A stretch of 64,000 nt of DNA from Marsupella aquatica. Taxonomy: Eukaryota; Plantae; Marchantiophyta. The DNA lies in NCBI GenBank assembly GCA_973895155.1, contig OZ316892.1:386917-450916 (forward strand), written 5' to 3'. The notes under the pieces are model-generated. The model was not told the origin of the DNA. It worked only from the letters and a program-made list of their open reading frames with translations, and did no database searches. The number at the start of each line of letters is the position of its first letter. Positions within the stretch are counted from its first letter, which is position 1. Of this stretch, positions 63,301 through 64,000 are shown piece after piece. The position numbers and the translations under genes are program-made.

Positions 63301-64000
63301 GGTTCTCACCTCTATGTGGGGCCCCATGGTACTCTAGGGCCCACCTCAAGCCCCTAGCCCCAAAATGGTCATTTGTGCTTTTCCTTAATGACTGCATTAG
63401 GGACCCCTCAAATGACCACAAATCCAGTCATTAGACTGATATGACTCTCCATATGACAATTTTAATGACCCTACTTTTAGTCATTGGCATTTATGACGGG
63501 CCATTGCTCACATATGACCCAATAAAGGCCCTAGTACCTCCAACTAGAGCCAGCTTTAGATTCCTTCCAAGATTGGAATATTCCTCTTCCCTAATCCCGC
63601 ACCCGCACCATACTGAGAAGCATGACTTCCCTGCCCATTCCATTGGTGCAGCACTACCACTTGGAGAACCAAAAAACAACTTTTATTTGCCTTTGGATGT
63701 GATGGTATGCATGCATTTATTTGCAAATTAAAATATTCCCTGTCCAAACACTTGCACAAACATGACACAATTACAACAAAGGATGACAACCTTCCATTGG
63801 TATTGCCCTACTTCTTGGAGAGACAAAAAGGTTTCATTTGCCCCATGGATACGATAGTATGCGCGCATCTATATATGATGACACTTCTGGAAAATCACTC
63901 CAAAGGTGTATGACTTGGGAGTGATTTCCCCAAAGCTAGGTGCATCATGCCTAAAGTAAATGCAAGACATGTGTTCAAATTGCTAATGCTGCAACCAGTG
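60330..64000. repeat. ~577-bp tandem (satellite-like) repeat, at least 6 diverged units, running off the window
   Basis: GGCAAATCACTCCAAAG..GACTTGGGAGTGATTTCCCCAA at 60855, 61420, 61996, 62573, 63151 and 63889 (spacings 565, 576, 577, 578, 738). Confidence 0.9.

Noticed and set aside
61563-63913. ORFs up to 167 aa in the 577-bp repeat
   Set aside because: Frames are not conserved between units; incidental

Overview
Repeat-rich eukaryotic (land-plant-type) DNA made of nested transposons; no intact host gene is recognisable. Layer 1: a diverged LTR relic (4547-4986). Layer 2: a minus-strand CACTA/EnSpm DNA transposon inserted in it (TIR at 4987). It carries a TnpA-like gene, a pseudogenised TnpD transposase and, upstream of these, a stand-alone intronless EDM2-like PHD-finger ORF. 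Layer 3: a 41.8-kb array (16335-58155, flanked by CAGAG/TAGAG) of one young non-chromovirus Ty3/Gypsy family that has repeatedly inserted into itself and been tandemly duplicated. This family is unusual in two ways. Its 4.66-kb LTR contains an entire sense-strand 1207-aa ORF (PMD/Transposase_32-like motif plus long coiled coil), so every LTR and solo LTR carries a gene. Its RT-RH-INT frame appears to be reached by a -1 ribosomal frameshift (G_GAU_UUU plus a 10-bp stem/pseudoknot) placed after the protease. The window ends in short tandem repeats and a ~577-bp satellite-like array. All domain calls come from motif recognition by eye, not from database searches.
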